Source: Candidatus Cloacimonadota bacterium
GTDB lineage: Bacteria; Cloacimonadota; Cloacimonadia; Cloacimonadales; JAMOQM01
NCBI GenBank assembly: GCA_027064005.1
Contig: JAMOQM010000027.1
Span: 1-60,707, forward strand
Direction of reading: 5' to 3'
Length of the DNA stretch: 60,707 nt
The position numbers were made by a program, and so were the translations under genes. The notes under the pieces were generated by a model. That model did no database searches. It was not told the origin of the DNA and was given only the letters and a program-made list of their open reading frames with translations. Shown piece by piece: positions 7,223 through 17,129 of the stretch; position 1 is the first letter of the stretch, and every line of letters starts with the position of its first letter.

Positions 7223-10102
7223 ATGAAAAGAATTTACTTAAATACAATTATGGGGATACAATTTTTATTATTATGTTCGCAACTATTTTCTATCACATTT
7301 GCCGAGCGACAAATTGTTGACTTTCCTAATATTACAAATCCCAATTTCACTATTTCGTGTGATTTGGATAATAATGGATTTTCTGATGCAATTTCAGCTT
7401 CTCTTGATAATAAGCTTGTTTGGTTTCCTAGAACGAATAGCCAAATTGATGATAGTATTGAGGAAGAAATTGTAATTGCTGAACTTCCTGCGAATATGGG
7501 TGAAGTTACAGAAATTAAATGTGCTGATTTTGATGATGATGATGATTTGGATCTTTTAGTTGCTTCGGAATCTAAGTTATATTTAGTTGAAAATATAGAT
7601 AGTTGCGATAGTTTTGTTTTGCATTTGATACAATCATTTGAGACAGAAGTAAAGCAAAATTTTGATATTGGAGACTACAATTCCGATGGCTTAACAGATT
7701 TTATTTTAGCACGAGGAGAAGAAGAATCTACAATTAATATTTTTTTGAATACAAATAATTTAACTTTTTCACAAACACAAATTGCAGGAAATGGTATTCC
7801 GCTTGTAATATCTTATGATAAAGATAATGATGGAGATTTGGATTTGTTTGCAAATTGCAATGGATTCAATTATTTGGAAAATGTTGGTGGAGATTCGTTA
7901 TTTGTAATCACTGACACTCTTTCTACTGAAATGAAAAATGCTCAAATTATTGATTTTGACAATGATGGCAATATTGATATTGCCGGAATAATTAATGATG
8001 AAGAATTACATTTTGGCTGGATTGAAAACAATGATGATTCTTTCTCGGAATTTGAGATTTTATTTATTCCTGAACCATTTACTCAAATGAAAATTGTCAA
8101 TTCAGATTCAGATGATGATTACGAGATTTTCTTTATCAAAAATGTCGATTTATTTTATTATGACTACATTTCTGAAAATAATTATGAATTTGTTGATATT
8201 GGCATTTATACATCCACATTTGTTAATGACAGCTATGTTTCTTTTTTTGATTTTGCTGATTTTGATAATGATAACGATATTGACATTTTAATTTCATTTT
8301 CCGGAGGGGAATTTAATTTTGATCATAGATTTTTGGGTATTTGTGAAAATGTGAACGGTTTGTTTGGGAATGAGCATATTTTTAACCCTAGCTTTACACA
8401 ATCACCAATAGTTACATCTTTTGATATAGATTGTGATTCTGATTTGGATTTACTCATGGTAAATGGACAAAATATTTATTGGTCTAGAAAAAACGGTGCT
8501 GAATTTGACAAAGTCAAGATTTTGTATCATGCAGAAGATATTGTGAGATGGATTACGATAAGGGATATAAATTTTGACGGAAAATCTGATATTATTCTTA
8601 TGTTTGAAGATTATCCTTCAGATGGAGATTATAAAGTTTTGCTTAATAATTCTGATGGAGAAACAGATTTTTCTCTTCAACCTTTGAATAATATAGGAAT
8701 TGAGTATTCCAAAAGTTACGATTTCATTGATTTGGATCAGGATAATGACCTTGATTTTATCTGCATCAAAGGTGAAAACAACCGGCTTTATTGGAGTGAA
8801 AATCTTGGAAATTATACTTTTGGGAATTCAGAACTTTTATTACCGAATCAAGAACATATTGTTCGCTTTAAATTCACCGATATAGATAATGATGGAGATT
8901 TAGATTTATTAGCCGGAACCGAATTTAATTATAGTAACCGTTTTATATTTATTGCTACAAATAATAATTTAAATTTTACTATAACAACCAATTTTCCTGA
9001 ATTACCAGCCAGACCAAAAGCATTCTACTATGAGGATTTGGATAATGATGGAAATTATGAACTAATCGTTCATGTAGATGGATATAGTGAAATGCTTTAT
9101 ATCTATAAGAACATTTCTGATAATTTTCAAGATTATGAACTTTACATTTTGAATACGAACACAAACTGGGCTCATGGAATTAGGATGATAAGATTTGCAG
9201 ATTTGGATAATGATGGAGATAAAGATCTAATTGCAGGAAGAAGTTACTATGAAGAACAATATTCCGAATTAGCAATTTTGGTTTGGACAAATAATCAATC
9301 CGAATCATACTTTGATGAAAGCCATTTAGCTTATCCGCTTTATCATGAAAGAGCTATAGGTCTAAGGTATATAAATATTGCCGATTATAATAGCGATGGT
9401 AAACAAGATATTTTTTGCTATATTTATCGCCAATGGGATGAATTTTCTCAAAGTGAGTGGGATTATTATCTAAATACATCAACTTCTTTCCAAAACTTCC
9501 CAAGTTCGTTTGAATTGATGTTTCCACAAAATTATGCTGAAAATTTACCTACAAGACCCGAATTTATTTGGACAGCTTCAACAGATAACGATCCTAACGA
9601 CTTTGTCGAATATCAAATTGAAATTGCAACTGATAGCTTATTCAATGAAATTGTATTTTCCGAAAGTGAAATCAGTGATACACTTTTTATCATGCCAAAT
9701 AATTTGAGTACCAATACTCAGTATTTTTGGAGAGTAATCGCAGAAGATACTACAGGAAATCAAGCTATATCGGATTTTTTCACATTTTCAACAGGAAATG
9801 TTACTTCAAATTCTGAAGAAATAATTCTGACAAAAACAGAATTAAAAGGTAATTATCCAAATCCATTCAACCCAACTACAACAATAAAATTTTCAGTTAA
9901 AAAGAATGAGGTTGGAAAATTATCTATTTACAATGTAAAAGGGCAAATTGTAAAAACATTCGCTGAATTTTCCGAAGGTGACCATTCGGTTATTTGGAAT
10001 GGGAAGAATAATCATGGAGAAGAAGTTAGCTCCGGAATTTTCTTCTATAAACTTCAAACCAAATTTTATCAGAAAATAAAGAAAATGATTCTGTTGAAAT
10101 GA
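7223..10102 (+). CDS. Secreted FG-GAP/VCBS-repeat protein with an Fn3-like module and a T9SS C-terminal sorting domain
   Basis: AGGAGG RBS and a signal peptide. At least 12 Ca-binding-like DxDxDG repeats (ADFDDDDDLDLL, YDKDNDGDLDLF, TDIDNDGDLDLL and others). C-terminal GNYPNPFNPTTTIKF...GIFFYKL...KKMILLK. Confidence 0.85.
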   Translation: MKRIYLNTIMGIQFLLLCSQLFSITFAERQIVDFPNITNPNFTISCDLDNNGFSDAISASLDNKLVWFPRTNSQIDDSIEEEIVIAELPANMGEVTEIKCADFDDDDDLDLLVASESKLYLVENIDSCDSFVLHLIQSFETEVKQNFDIGDYNSDGLTDFILARGEEESTINIFLNTNNLTFSQTQIAGNGIPLVISYDKDNDGDLDLFANCNGFNYLENVGGDSLFVITDTLSTEMKNAQIIDFDNDGNIDIAGIINDEELHFGWIENNDDSFSEFEILFIPEPFTQMKIVNSDSDDDYEIFFIKNVDLFYYDYISENNYEFVDIGIYTSTFVNDSYVSFFDFADFDNDNDIDILISFSGGEFNFDHRFLGICENVNGLFGNEHIFNPSFTQSPIVTSFDIDCDSDLDLLMVNGQNIYWSRKNGAEFDKVKILYHAEDIVRWITIRDINFDGKSDIILMFEDYPSDGDYKVLLNNSDGETDFSLQPLNNIGIEYSKSYDFIDLDQDNDLDFICIKGENNRLYWSENLGNYTFGNSELLLPNQEHIVRFKFTDIDNDGDLDLLAGTEFNYSNRFIFIATNNNLNFTITTNFPELPARPKAFYYEDLDNDGNYELIVHVDGYSEMLYIYKNISDNFQDYELYILNTNTNWAHGIRMIRFADLDNDGDKDLIAGRSYYEEQYSELAILVWTNNQSESYFDESHLAYPLYHERAIGLRYINIADYNSDGKQDIFCYIYRQWDEFSQSEWDYYLNTSTSFQNFPSSFELMFPQNYAENLPTRPEFIWTASTDNDPNDFVEYQIEIATDSLFNEIVFSESEISDTLFIMPNNLSTNTQYFWRVIAEDTTGNQAISDFFTFSTGNVTSNSEEIILTKTELKGNYPNPFNPTTTIKFSVKKNEVGKLSIYNVKGQIVKTFAEFSEGDHSVIWNGKNNHGEEVSSGIFFYKLQTKFYQKIKKMILLK

Positions 10103-10160
10103 TTGGGGTAACAAAGCAATCCAAGCCCAATGAGCCAACAGGTTCTCAACTGTCCGATTC
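10103..10160 (+). repeat. Possible degenerate fifth copy (E) of the intergenic element
   Basis: GGGGTAACAAAGCAATCC..GCC...TCCGATTC resembles the 5' half and 3' tail of copy B. It lacks the GTGG-loop-CCAC hairpin. It sits directly after the FG-GAP gene stop. Confidence 0.25.
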
Positions 10161-10409
10161 AGATGTTGATGATATGGAAATTTTTTTTGATAATATGATT
10201 TAACTTTTGATTTACCCTCTGCTGCTGCATCTGTTATAAAAAATCGAGCAACAAATGAAGGAAAGAATGAATACTAAAAGGTGGTAGAATTTTAGATGAT
10301 TACGAATAAATGATGTTGTAATAATACCCCAAATTTCTTTTATTTGACATAAATTAAGTTTTCAAAGTTATGTTAAGAAGTTTTAAAATAATTATGAAAG
10401 GATTGAATA

Positions 10410-11237
10410 ATGAAAAGTAAAAAGATAAATGTGCAAGATATTGAAATAAATATAACTTCAATAAATGATGAAGATTACATTTCACTAACAGATATGTTAA
10501 AAGCTAAAGATGGTGATTTTTTTATTTCTGATTGGCTTAGAAATAGAAATACTGTTGAATTTCTTGGCATTTGGGAACGTATCTATAATCCAAATTTTAA
10601 TTATGGCGAATATGCCACAATTAGAAATCAGGCAGGCTTGAATAGTTACAAAATCAGTGTAAAAGAATGGACTGCTAAAACGAATGCAATTGGTCTAAAA
10701 GCAAAAGCCGGGCGATATGGCGGAACTTACGCTCATAAAGATATAGCATTTGAATTTGGTATGTGGATCAGTCCGGAGTTCAAGATATATTTAATCAAAG
10801 AATTTCAACGTTTAAAAGAACAAGAACAAAAACAACTCGGTTGGGATATTAAACGTAATCTAACTAAGATCAATTACAGAATTCATACAGATGCAATAAA
10901 AGAAAATCTAATTCCAAAAGAATTAACGGTAAAGCAAATGAGTATTATTTATGCAACAGAAGCTGATATTTTAAATATGGCTCTTTTCGGTAAAACAGCA
11001 AAACAATGGCGGGATGAGAATCCAAATAAAAAGGGAAATATCAGAGATTATGCCAATATTTCTCAATTAATATGCCTTTCTAATCTTGAAAATTTGAATG
11101 CACATTTTATCTACGAATCAATTGATCAAAGTGAAAGACTTAAGAAATTAAATTTAATAGCAATTTATCAAATGAAACTTTTGGTATTAGATAAAAACGT
11201 TGAAAAGCTTGAGATACAATCGAAAACTAAAAAGTAA
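10410..11237 (+). CDS. KilA-N domain DNA-binding protein
   Basis: ISLTDM...WLRNRNTVEFLGIWE...GRYGGTYAHKDIAFEFGMWISPEFKIYLIKEFQRLK is the conserved KilA-N family core common in FCB bacteria and their mobile elements. Confidence 0.8.
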   Translation: MKSKKINVQDIEINITSINDEDYISLTDMLKAKDGDFFISDWLRNRNTVEFLGIWERIYNPNFNYGEYATIRNQAGLNSYKISVKEWTAKTNAIGLKAKAGRYGGTYAHKDIAFEFGMWISPEFKIYLIKEFQRLKEQEQKQLGWDIKRNLTKINYRIHTDAIKENLIPKELTVKQMSIIYATEADILNMALFGKTAKQWRDENPNKKGNIRDYANISQLICLSNLENLNAHFIYESIDQSERLKKLNLIAIYQMKLLVLDKNVEKLEIQSKTKK

Positions 11238-11256
11238 TTATTGATTTAATGTTGTG

Positions 11257-11337
11257 AATAAGTCTGTAACACATTTACTCGCCAAGCAAGAAGAAACGCA
11301 AGATGAACGTGGCAGTGTCCGCCATTGCACCTATTTA
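11257..11337 (+). repeat. Copy C of the recurrent structured intergenic element (long form)
   Basis: AATAAGTCTGTAACACA ... GCCAAGCAAGAAGAAACGCAAGATGAACGTGGCAGTGTCCGCCATTGCACCTATTT. Same boxes and end complementarity as copies A, B and D. Confidence 0.55.
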
Positions 11338-11395
11338 AAGCAAACTTGTCATCCCCCCGATATTTTTCAAACAACACAAGCAAATTGTGTAGTAG

Positions 11396-11459
11396 AACAA
11401 TCTGCCAGATTGTTAAATAAATCCGCAAATTACCAAGTAGCACAATCTGCCAGATTGTT
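11396..11459 (+). repeat. Two copies of a ~35-nt direct repeat, each holding the palindrome ACAATCT-GCC-AGATTGT, spaced 45 nt apart
   Basis: Palindromes at 11397-11413 and 11442-11458. The flanks also repeat (GTAG.ACAATCTGCCAGATTGTT.A.TAATCC). Confidence 0.7.
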
Positions 11460-11494
11460 TATTAATCCTCAACCTGTTAAAATATTCTTTGATA

Positions 11495-11540
11495 GTAGAG
11501 ACGCCCAATTTGGGCGTCTCTACTATTTCGATTTTTTTTG
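11495..11540 (+). terminator. Rho-independent terminator
   Basis: Perfect 13-bp stem GTAGAGACGCCCA / TGGGCGTCTCTAC with loop ATT, followed by a T-rich tail (TATTTCGATTTTTTTT). Confidence 0.75.
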
Positions 11541-11623
11541 GGAGAATGGAAGTTTGAAACAAAAATCTTGACCTAGAATTCGGAGAAAAATGAATGAAGA
11601 AAAATATTCGGAATTGAGGGATT

Positions 11624-12673
11624 ATGGAAAAATATGAAGAATTATATAATAAAGTGAGTAAAATTGTAAATCCGGTTTATCTTGTTGGCGGATCTGTTCG
11701 GGATATTTTATTAGGAAGAGAACCAAAAGATTATGATTTTACAACGCCTATTTTTCCTGATGAAATCGAAAAATTGGTGCGAGCTGCCGGGAAAAGAGCT
11801 TATCTTATTGGTAAAAAATTTGGGACGATTGGTTGCAAGATAGATGGTGAATTTGTTGAAATAACAACTTTCAGACAGGAACAATATTCTAAAAATAATC
11901 GAAAACCGCAAGTTGATTTTGTTCAAAATATAGAAAATGATTTAAAACGTCGAGATTTTACAATTAATGCTATGGCTTGGAAAAATGGTGATTTAATTGA
12001 CTTGTTTGACGGGCAAAAAGATTTGAAAAATAAGATGATTCGAAGTGTCGGAAATCCTCAAGAAAGAATTAAAGAAGATCCACTCAGAATGTTAAGATGT
12101 GCCAGATTTATGTCTCAATTGAATTTTGAAGTCGAACCTAATTTGGAAGAAAAAATAAAGGAAAATTCTTTTAGGATTTTGTTTATCAGTCGTGAACGTT
12201 GGATGATGGAGTTGGATAAAATTTTGCTTTCTGAAAATCCCGAAATCGGGCTAAATTTTATGATGAAAAATAGGCTGTTTAACTATATCATCCCGGAATT
12301 ATCGTTACAATACAAATATGATCAAAACAGCCCTTACCATGATTTTGATTTGTGGATTCATACGCTAAAAACCGTTATGGCAACTCCAAAAGATATTATT
12401 TTAAGATGGGCTGCCCTGTTGCATGATATTGGAAAGCCATTTGTAAGAACAGATAAAACCGACCGAAGCAATTATATTCATCACGCTTTGTTGGGAGCGG
12501 AAATTGCCGATAAAATCGCTTATCAACTAAAATGGTCAAAAGATAGAAAAAAAGCTGTTCTTGAAATTGTGAAAAATCATTTGGATAAAGATTCGCCATT
12601 GAAAAAATATGATGATGTCTCAAAAAAGAATAAATTTCAAGTTCAAACAGGTGAATCTCAAAATAAACTATAA
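11624..12673 (+). CDS. cca: tRNA nucleotidyltransferase (CCA-adding enzyme / poly(A) polymerase family) with an HD domain
   Basis: GGSVRDILLGREPKDYDFTT, RRDFTINAMA, EDPLRMLRCARF, and the HD region LLHDIGKP. Confidence 0.8.
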   Translation: MEKYEELYNKVSKIVNPVYLVGGSVRDILLGREPKDYDFTTPIFPDEIEKLVRAAGKRAYLIGKKFGTIGCKIDGEFVEITTFRQEQYSKNNRKPQVDFVQNIENDLKRRDFTINAMAWKNGDLIDLFDGQKDLKNKMIRSVGNPQERIKEDPLRMLRCARFMSQLNFEVEPNLEEKIKENSFRILFISRERWMMELDKILLSENPEIGLNFMMKNRLFNYIIPELSLQYKYDQNSPYHDFDLWIHTLKTVMATPKDIILRWAALLHDIGKPFVRTDKTDRSNYIHHALLGAEIADKIAYQLKWSKDRKKAVLEIVKNHLDKDSPLKKYDDVSKKNKFQVQTGESQNKL

Positions 12674-12929
12674 AATCTATCTTTGAATTAATAATGACGG
12701 TTTCGCAAGAAGTTATAAATCCTTGCAATCTGTTATCTTAACCAAATGTGCCGGAAAAAGATATTTTATTCCAATAGATTCTAAGAAATAATTTTTATAA
12801 ATGCTAATCTGCAAATTTTTTACCTTTAACATTCTATCCAACTTTCCGTAAAGATTCCGTTTTACTGTTTTTCAATAGAAAAATTATAGGGAATGTAATT
12901 ATTTTATTGACAATATAAATCTCGATTAT

Positions 12930-12953
12930 TTGTTGTCATAAAAAATACAACAA
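12930..12953 (+). promoter_or_regulatory. Inverted repeat TTGTTGT-N10-ACAACAA just upstream of the TrmB-family gene (possible operator)
   Basis: Perfect 7-bp arms ending 10 nt before ATG 12964. A TTGACA lies about 20 nt upstream. Confidence 0.25.
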
Positions 12954-12963
12954 GTGAGATGAA

Positions 12964-13788
12964 ATGGAAAAGTTTATTGGAAAGTTAGAGAAAATTGGTT
13001 TTTCAAAGAACGAATCGATAGTTTATTGTAACCTGCTGAGAAATCAGTGTTTTACGGCTACTGAGATTGCTAAAATATCAAATATTGGTAGATCGAGAGT
13101 TTATGAGATATTAGCTTCTTTGGTTAGTAAAGGAGTTGTTTTTGAAAGACAAGGAAAAGTTAGAAAATACGAAGCAATTAATCCTGAAAATGCTTTTACT
13201 TCTATTATCGATTCAGAAAAAAAACGCATTGAGATGATGTCAAAACTTAAAGATGAATTAATCCCGTATTTTCAAAATAAAAAGGAAGATCCTTCGCCAT
13301 TGGATTTTATCGAAGTTTATAGTACCGGGAAAACCATCTTTAATCGTTATGAAGAGCTTGAATACGCTTCACAAGAATTTGTCTATTCATTTTGTAAAGC
13401 ACCTTATGTAATGGATACTGACTCTGTTTATATAAATGATGCCCAAATGGAATCTATGAGCCGAGGTGTAAAATATAAATCAATTTATGAGCCCGGTGAA
13501 AGAGATTTTAGAACTTTTATTAAACAAATGGAATATGATATTGAAATGGGTGAGGAAATTAGGATTATGGAAACTTTGCCGATTAAAATGCATATTTATG
13601 ACGAGAAAGCAGTGATGTTTTCCATGATAAATAAAATCAATCCGGAAATGAATCTTACCTATATGGTTGTTCAACATTCCGATTTGGCAAGAACACTTTT
13701 GGGAACTTTCGAATATTATTGGGAGAAAGCAATGAAATTTGAAGATTACTTAAAAAAAATAAAAAAAAAGAATAAATCGGTTTCTTAA
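12964..13788 (+). CDS. TrmB-family transcriptional regulator
   Basis: The N-terminal winged helix LEKIGFSKNESIVYCNLL...TATEIAKISNIGRSRVYEILASLVSKGVV is typical of TrmB. It has a TrmB-type C-terminal extension. Confidence 0.75.
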   Translation: MEKFIGKLEKIGFSKNESIVYCNLLRNQCFTATEIAKISNIGRSRVYEILASLVSKGVVFERQGKVRKYEAINPENAFTSIIDSEKKRIEMMSKLKDELIPYFQNKKEDPSPLDFIEVYSTGKTIFNRYEELEYASQEFVYSFCKAPYVMDTDSVYINDAQMESMSRGVKYKSIYEPGERDFRTFIKQMEYDIEMGEEIRIMETLPIKMHIYDEKAVMFSMINKINPEMNLTYMVVQHSDLARTLLGTFEYYWEKAMKFEDYLKKIKKKNKSVS

Positions 13789-13834
13789 AATTGGACTGGT
13801 TATTGCATAAAGAAATAAAAAGTTGGAGGAATAA

Positions 13835-15550
13835 TTGAGAAAAATTTCACTATTACTAATAATGCTTATCAGTATGTCATTATTTGCCGGAGAACAAAAG
13901 AAAGCTGAAGTAAAAGTTACAGCTCAAATTGTCGGAAATAAAATTGTCGCAAGCTACCAAATTCCTGAGGGAATGCACATTACGCTTCAAAAAGATTATT
14001 TATACGTTGATGCTGATAGTGTTGACTGGTTAAAACTGGAACCTACAATTTATCCAAAAGGCGTTAAAGATGCTGATGGTGATATAGTTTATCATGGTCA
14101 AATGAAATTGACCAGACAGTTTACATTCCTAAAAAAATATACAGATTCCAGACCATTAAAAATATTTGCCGGTTTCCAAGCTTGTCTTGATTCCGGAACT
14201 TGTATGTTTCCTGATGAAAAAGAATTTACTTTGAATATCAAATATGATAAAAAATATGATATCAATAATGTCCCTGCGGAAAATGAGAAACCACTTCCAG
14301 CCAAAAAAGCTCCAATTAGTGCTGTTCTAAAATATTTATTAATGGCATTTCTCGGTGGTATAATTCTTAATGTGATGCCATGCGTTTTACCAGTGTTATC
14401 AATTAAAGCAATGAGCTTGGTTAAACAAAGTCATCAAGATAAAAAAGAAATTCTGAAAGGTTCTTTGATGTACACTGCCGGAATTATAGTTTCATTTATT
14501 GTAATGGCATCAGTTGTTATTTTCCTAAAAATTTCCGGTGAAATGGTGGGATGGGGATTCCAATTCCAATCACCCGGATTTGTAATGGCTCTATTAATTA
14601 TGATTTTTGTGTTTGCTCTTTCAATGTTTGACGTCTTAATTTTTAATGCTCCCGGAATGAATAAAGCGACTCAAGCTTCGCAAAAACAGGGACATTGGGG
14701 TTCTTTTTTAAGTGGGATTTTTGCGGTATTATTAGCCACTCCTTGTACTGCGCCGATGTTGGGAGCTGCTTTAGGTTTTGCATTTACCCAACCACCTTTG
14801 ATGATTTTAGCGATTTTTATTTTGATAGGTTTAGGTTTGGCATTGCCATTTTTATTAATTGGTTTCTGGCCGGCTGCAATAAAAATTATTCCTCGTCCGG
14901 GCGAATGGATGAATGTTTTCAAAGAAGTAATGGGATTTTTATTATTTGCTACCGCTTTATTCCTTTTAAGAACCTTATATTTCTTAGTTGGTGGAGATGG
15001 GACTTTTAATATTTTATGGTTTTTGCTTATTTTATCTTTTTCTGCTTGGATGTTCGGACGTTGGACTCGCCCGCATATCCCTCATAAAAAACAATGGGTA
15101 ATGGCAATTTTGGCTGTTTTAATTTCAGTATTTGCCGGGATGTTCTTATTGAGATTTAACGATTCTTCTTCAAATAAAACCGAAATGGTTTCTTCAACGA
15201 AAGGCAATTGGGGAGTTTTTTCTCCTGAAAAAGTTCAGGAATTAAGAGATGCCGGGAAACCTGTGTTTATTGATTTTGGTGCCGAATGGTGTATGACTTG
15301 TAAAACAAACGAAAAAGTTGTGCTTTATACTGATGAAATTCAAAAAGCTTTTAGAGATCATAATGTTGTCTTGTTGAGAGGAGATAATACAAAACGTGAT
15401 CCGATTATAAACGAGTGGTTACGTAAATTCAAAAGAGCCGGAGTTCCTTTATATATAATGTATATTCCCGGTAAAGACGAACCGGAAGTTCTACCTGAGT
15501 TGATTACCAAAGATATGGTTCTTAATATGCTCAAGAAATTGGATAAATAG
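13835..15550 (+). CDS. dsbD: Thiol:disulfide interchange protein DsbD (membrane electron transporter with a C-terminal thioredoxin domain)
   Basis: Signal peptide plus an N-terminal periplasmic domain. The TM core has the two conserved Cys (NVMPCVLPVLS and LATPCTAPMLG). The C-terminal Trx fold is FGAEWCMTCKTNE. TTG start with a GGAGG RBS. Confidence 0.85.
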   Translation: MRKISLLLIMLISMSLFAGEQKKAEVKVTAQIVGNKIVASYQIPEGMHITLQKDYLYVDADSVDWLKLEPTIYPKGVKDADGDIVYHGQMKLTRQFTFLKKYTDSRPLKIFAGFQACLDSGTCMFPDEKEFTLNIKYDKKYDINNVPAENEKPLPAKKAPISAVLKYLLMAFLGGIILNVMPCVLPVLSIKAMSLVKQSHQDKKEILKGSLMYTAGIIVSFIVMASVVIFLKISGEMVGWGFQFQSPGFVMALLIMIFVFALSMFDVLIFNAPGMNKATQASQKQGHWGSFLSGIFAVLLATPCTAPMLGAALGFAFTQPPLMILAIFILIGLGLALPFLLIGFWPAAIKIIPRPGEWMNVFKEVMGFLLFATALFLLRTLYFLVGGDGTFNILWFLLILSFSAWMFGRWTRPHIPHKKQWVMAILAVLISVFAGMFLLRFNDSSSNKTEMVSSTKGNWGVFSPEKVQELRDAGKPVFIDFGAEWCMTCKTNEKVVLYTDEIQKAFRDHNVVLLRGDNTKRDPIINEWLRKFKRAGVPLYIMYIPGKDEPEVLPELITKDMVLNMLKKLDK

Positions 15551-15558
15551 AGGATTTT

Positions 15559-16623
15559 ATGAAAAGACTTTTAGCTTTATTTGCGGTTACAATAGTATTA
15601 TTTCTTACTTCTTGTGATCGGTTTGAACATACTTTCGAGGTAAAGAATTCTCAAGATTTGGAAGAATTTAAGACAAATTTTAAAGATAATTTGGCAAATG
15701 CTTATAACGGTTCTTTGGAACAATTAAAAGCTATGTTCCGCGATGATTATCAAAATGATGAGTTAGATAAAGACGGGATGATCTCATTTCTTACTGAAAG
15801 TTCTATTGATTGTCTTATTCGCTTGGAAGCGGATTCAATAAATTTTGTTTCCGACGTAGAATTTACTTATATCTTAAAGAAGATAACGATTGATACTCAG
15901 GTAGTTATCGAAGACACATTACTTACAGATTACATTATAAATGAAAACGGCAACTTTAAATTTTATGGAAATCAATATGGAAATCAAAAAGTTATGGTTG
16001 AATTATTTACTGCAACTTGGTGTCCAAATTGTCCTTATTCTGAAGATGCTCTTCATGAACTGCAATTAAAATATTCCTCAAAGTTGATTTATATGGAATA
16101 TCATGCTTATGATGAATTAATGCCGTCACCTGTTTTGGATGCATATAATTTTTATAATGCTACAGCCTATCCTTCGGCATTTTTCCAAGGTGAAGATAGT
16201 ATTGAAGATGGCCATCCGGGAATTTCCGAAGAAATGGATACCATAATTTCTCCTTATTATAATACTTCTGAAAACGTCAGTATTTTGATTAAAAAATTTA
16301 CGCAGAATGACGAAAATTTAAGTGCTGAAGTAAAATATGATTCTGATTTGGATACAAATAATCTTTATTTAAAATTTGTTGTTATTGATAAATTAAATTC
16401 AGATTATCATAATATGTCAGGAGAAGATTTGCATAATGTTGCGATATCCGGCGGGAAAATTGCTTTGGCTCAAAACTCCGGTACTGTTAATTTGGATTTG
16501 GGAAATAAATCCGATATTCCCGATGATGCTTCTTTGATAGTTTGGATTCAAAAAATGGGATCGTCTTATGATTCCAATAGTAAAGTTTATAATGTTATGG
16601 AAAAAATGGTTTTAAGGAGATAG
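15559..16623 (+). CDS. Thioredoxin-like lipoprotein (CPNC motif). It is the Cys paralogue of the N-terminus of the 19370..21604 product.
   Basis: Lipobox LFLTSC. The motif VELFTATWCPNCPYSE aligns with AELFTQSW(TGA)SYCPQA of the downstream gene. Confidence 0.7.
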   Translation: MKRLLALFAVTIVLFLTSCDRFEHTFEVKNSQDLEEFKTNFKDNLANAYNGSLEQLKAMFRDDYQNDELDKDGMISFLTESSIDCLIRLEADSINFVSDVEFTYILKKITIDTQVVIEDTLLTDYIINENGNFKFYGNQYGNQKVMVELFTATWCPNCPYSEDALHELQLKYSSKLIYMEYHAYDELMPSPVLDAYNFYNATAYPSAFFQGEDSIEDGHPGISEEMDTIISPYYNTSENVSILIKKFTQNDENLSAEVKYDSDLDTNNLYLKFVVIDKLNSDYHNMSGEDLHNVAISGGKIALAQNSGTVNLDLGNKSDIPDDASLIVWIQKMGSSYDSNSKVYNVMEKMVLRR

Positions 16624-16626
16624 AAA

Positions 16627-17118
16627 ATGAATTTTAGAAAGATTATACTTGTAGCAGGGTTATTTATATTATTGATAAATTTGAGTGCGATTGACAAAGC
16701 TCCGGAATTCAAATTAAAAAATATGAAAGGGGAATGGGTTAATCTCTCACAAAAAATTGATAAACATTTTGTCATTCTTGATTTTTGGGCAAGCTTTTGT
16801 GCTCCTTGCAAAAAAGAACTTCCCGGTTTGAATAAAATTGATAAAAAACATAATGATATCAATGTACTTGCTGTTTGTACCGATAGACCGAGAACTCAAA
16901 ATAAGGCAAAAGCTTTTATCAAATCAAACAGATTTTCTTTTGAGACATTGTTTGATTCCAGAGGGAAAGTTCGCAAATTATTTAACGTTGTTGATATTCC
17001 TCATACTGTAGTTATTGCTCCAAATGGCGAAATTGTTACAGTTCATACAGGTTATAAACGTGGCGATGAAAAACATCTTCTTCTCGAAATAGAGAAATGG
17101 AAAAAAGCACACAAATAG
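16627..17118 (+). CDS. TlpA/ResA-like periplasmic thiol-disulfide oxidoreductase
   Basis: Signal peptide. DFWASFCAPCKKELP (AhpC/TSA-Redoxin family). Confidence 0.85.
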   Translation: MNFRKIILVAGLFILLINLSAIDKAPEFKLKNMKGEWVNLSQKIDKHFVILDFWASFCAPCKKELPGLNKIDKKHNDINVLAVCTDRPRTQNKAKAFIKSNRFSFETLFDSRGKVRKLFNVVDIPHTVVIAPNGEIVTVHTGYKRGDEKHLLLEIEKWKKAHK

Positions 17119-17129
17119 AGAGGAATTTG

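Noticed and set aside
11254-11571. Listed 105-aa ORF, together with the antisense 65-aa ORF at 11246..11443
   Set aside because: It has a GTG start without an RBS and an odd composition. It runs straight through a repeat element, two palindromes and an intrinsic terminator. It is better explained as non-coding.
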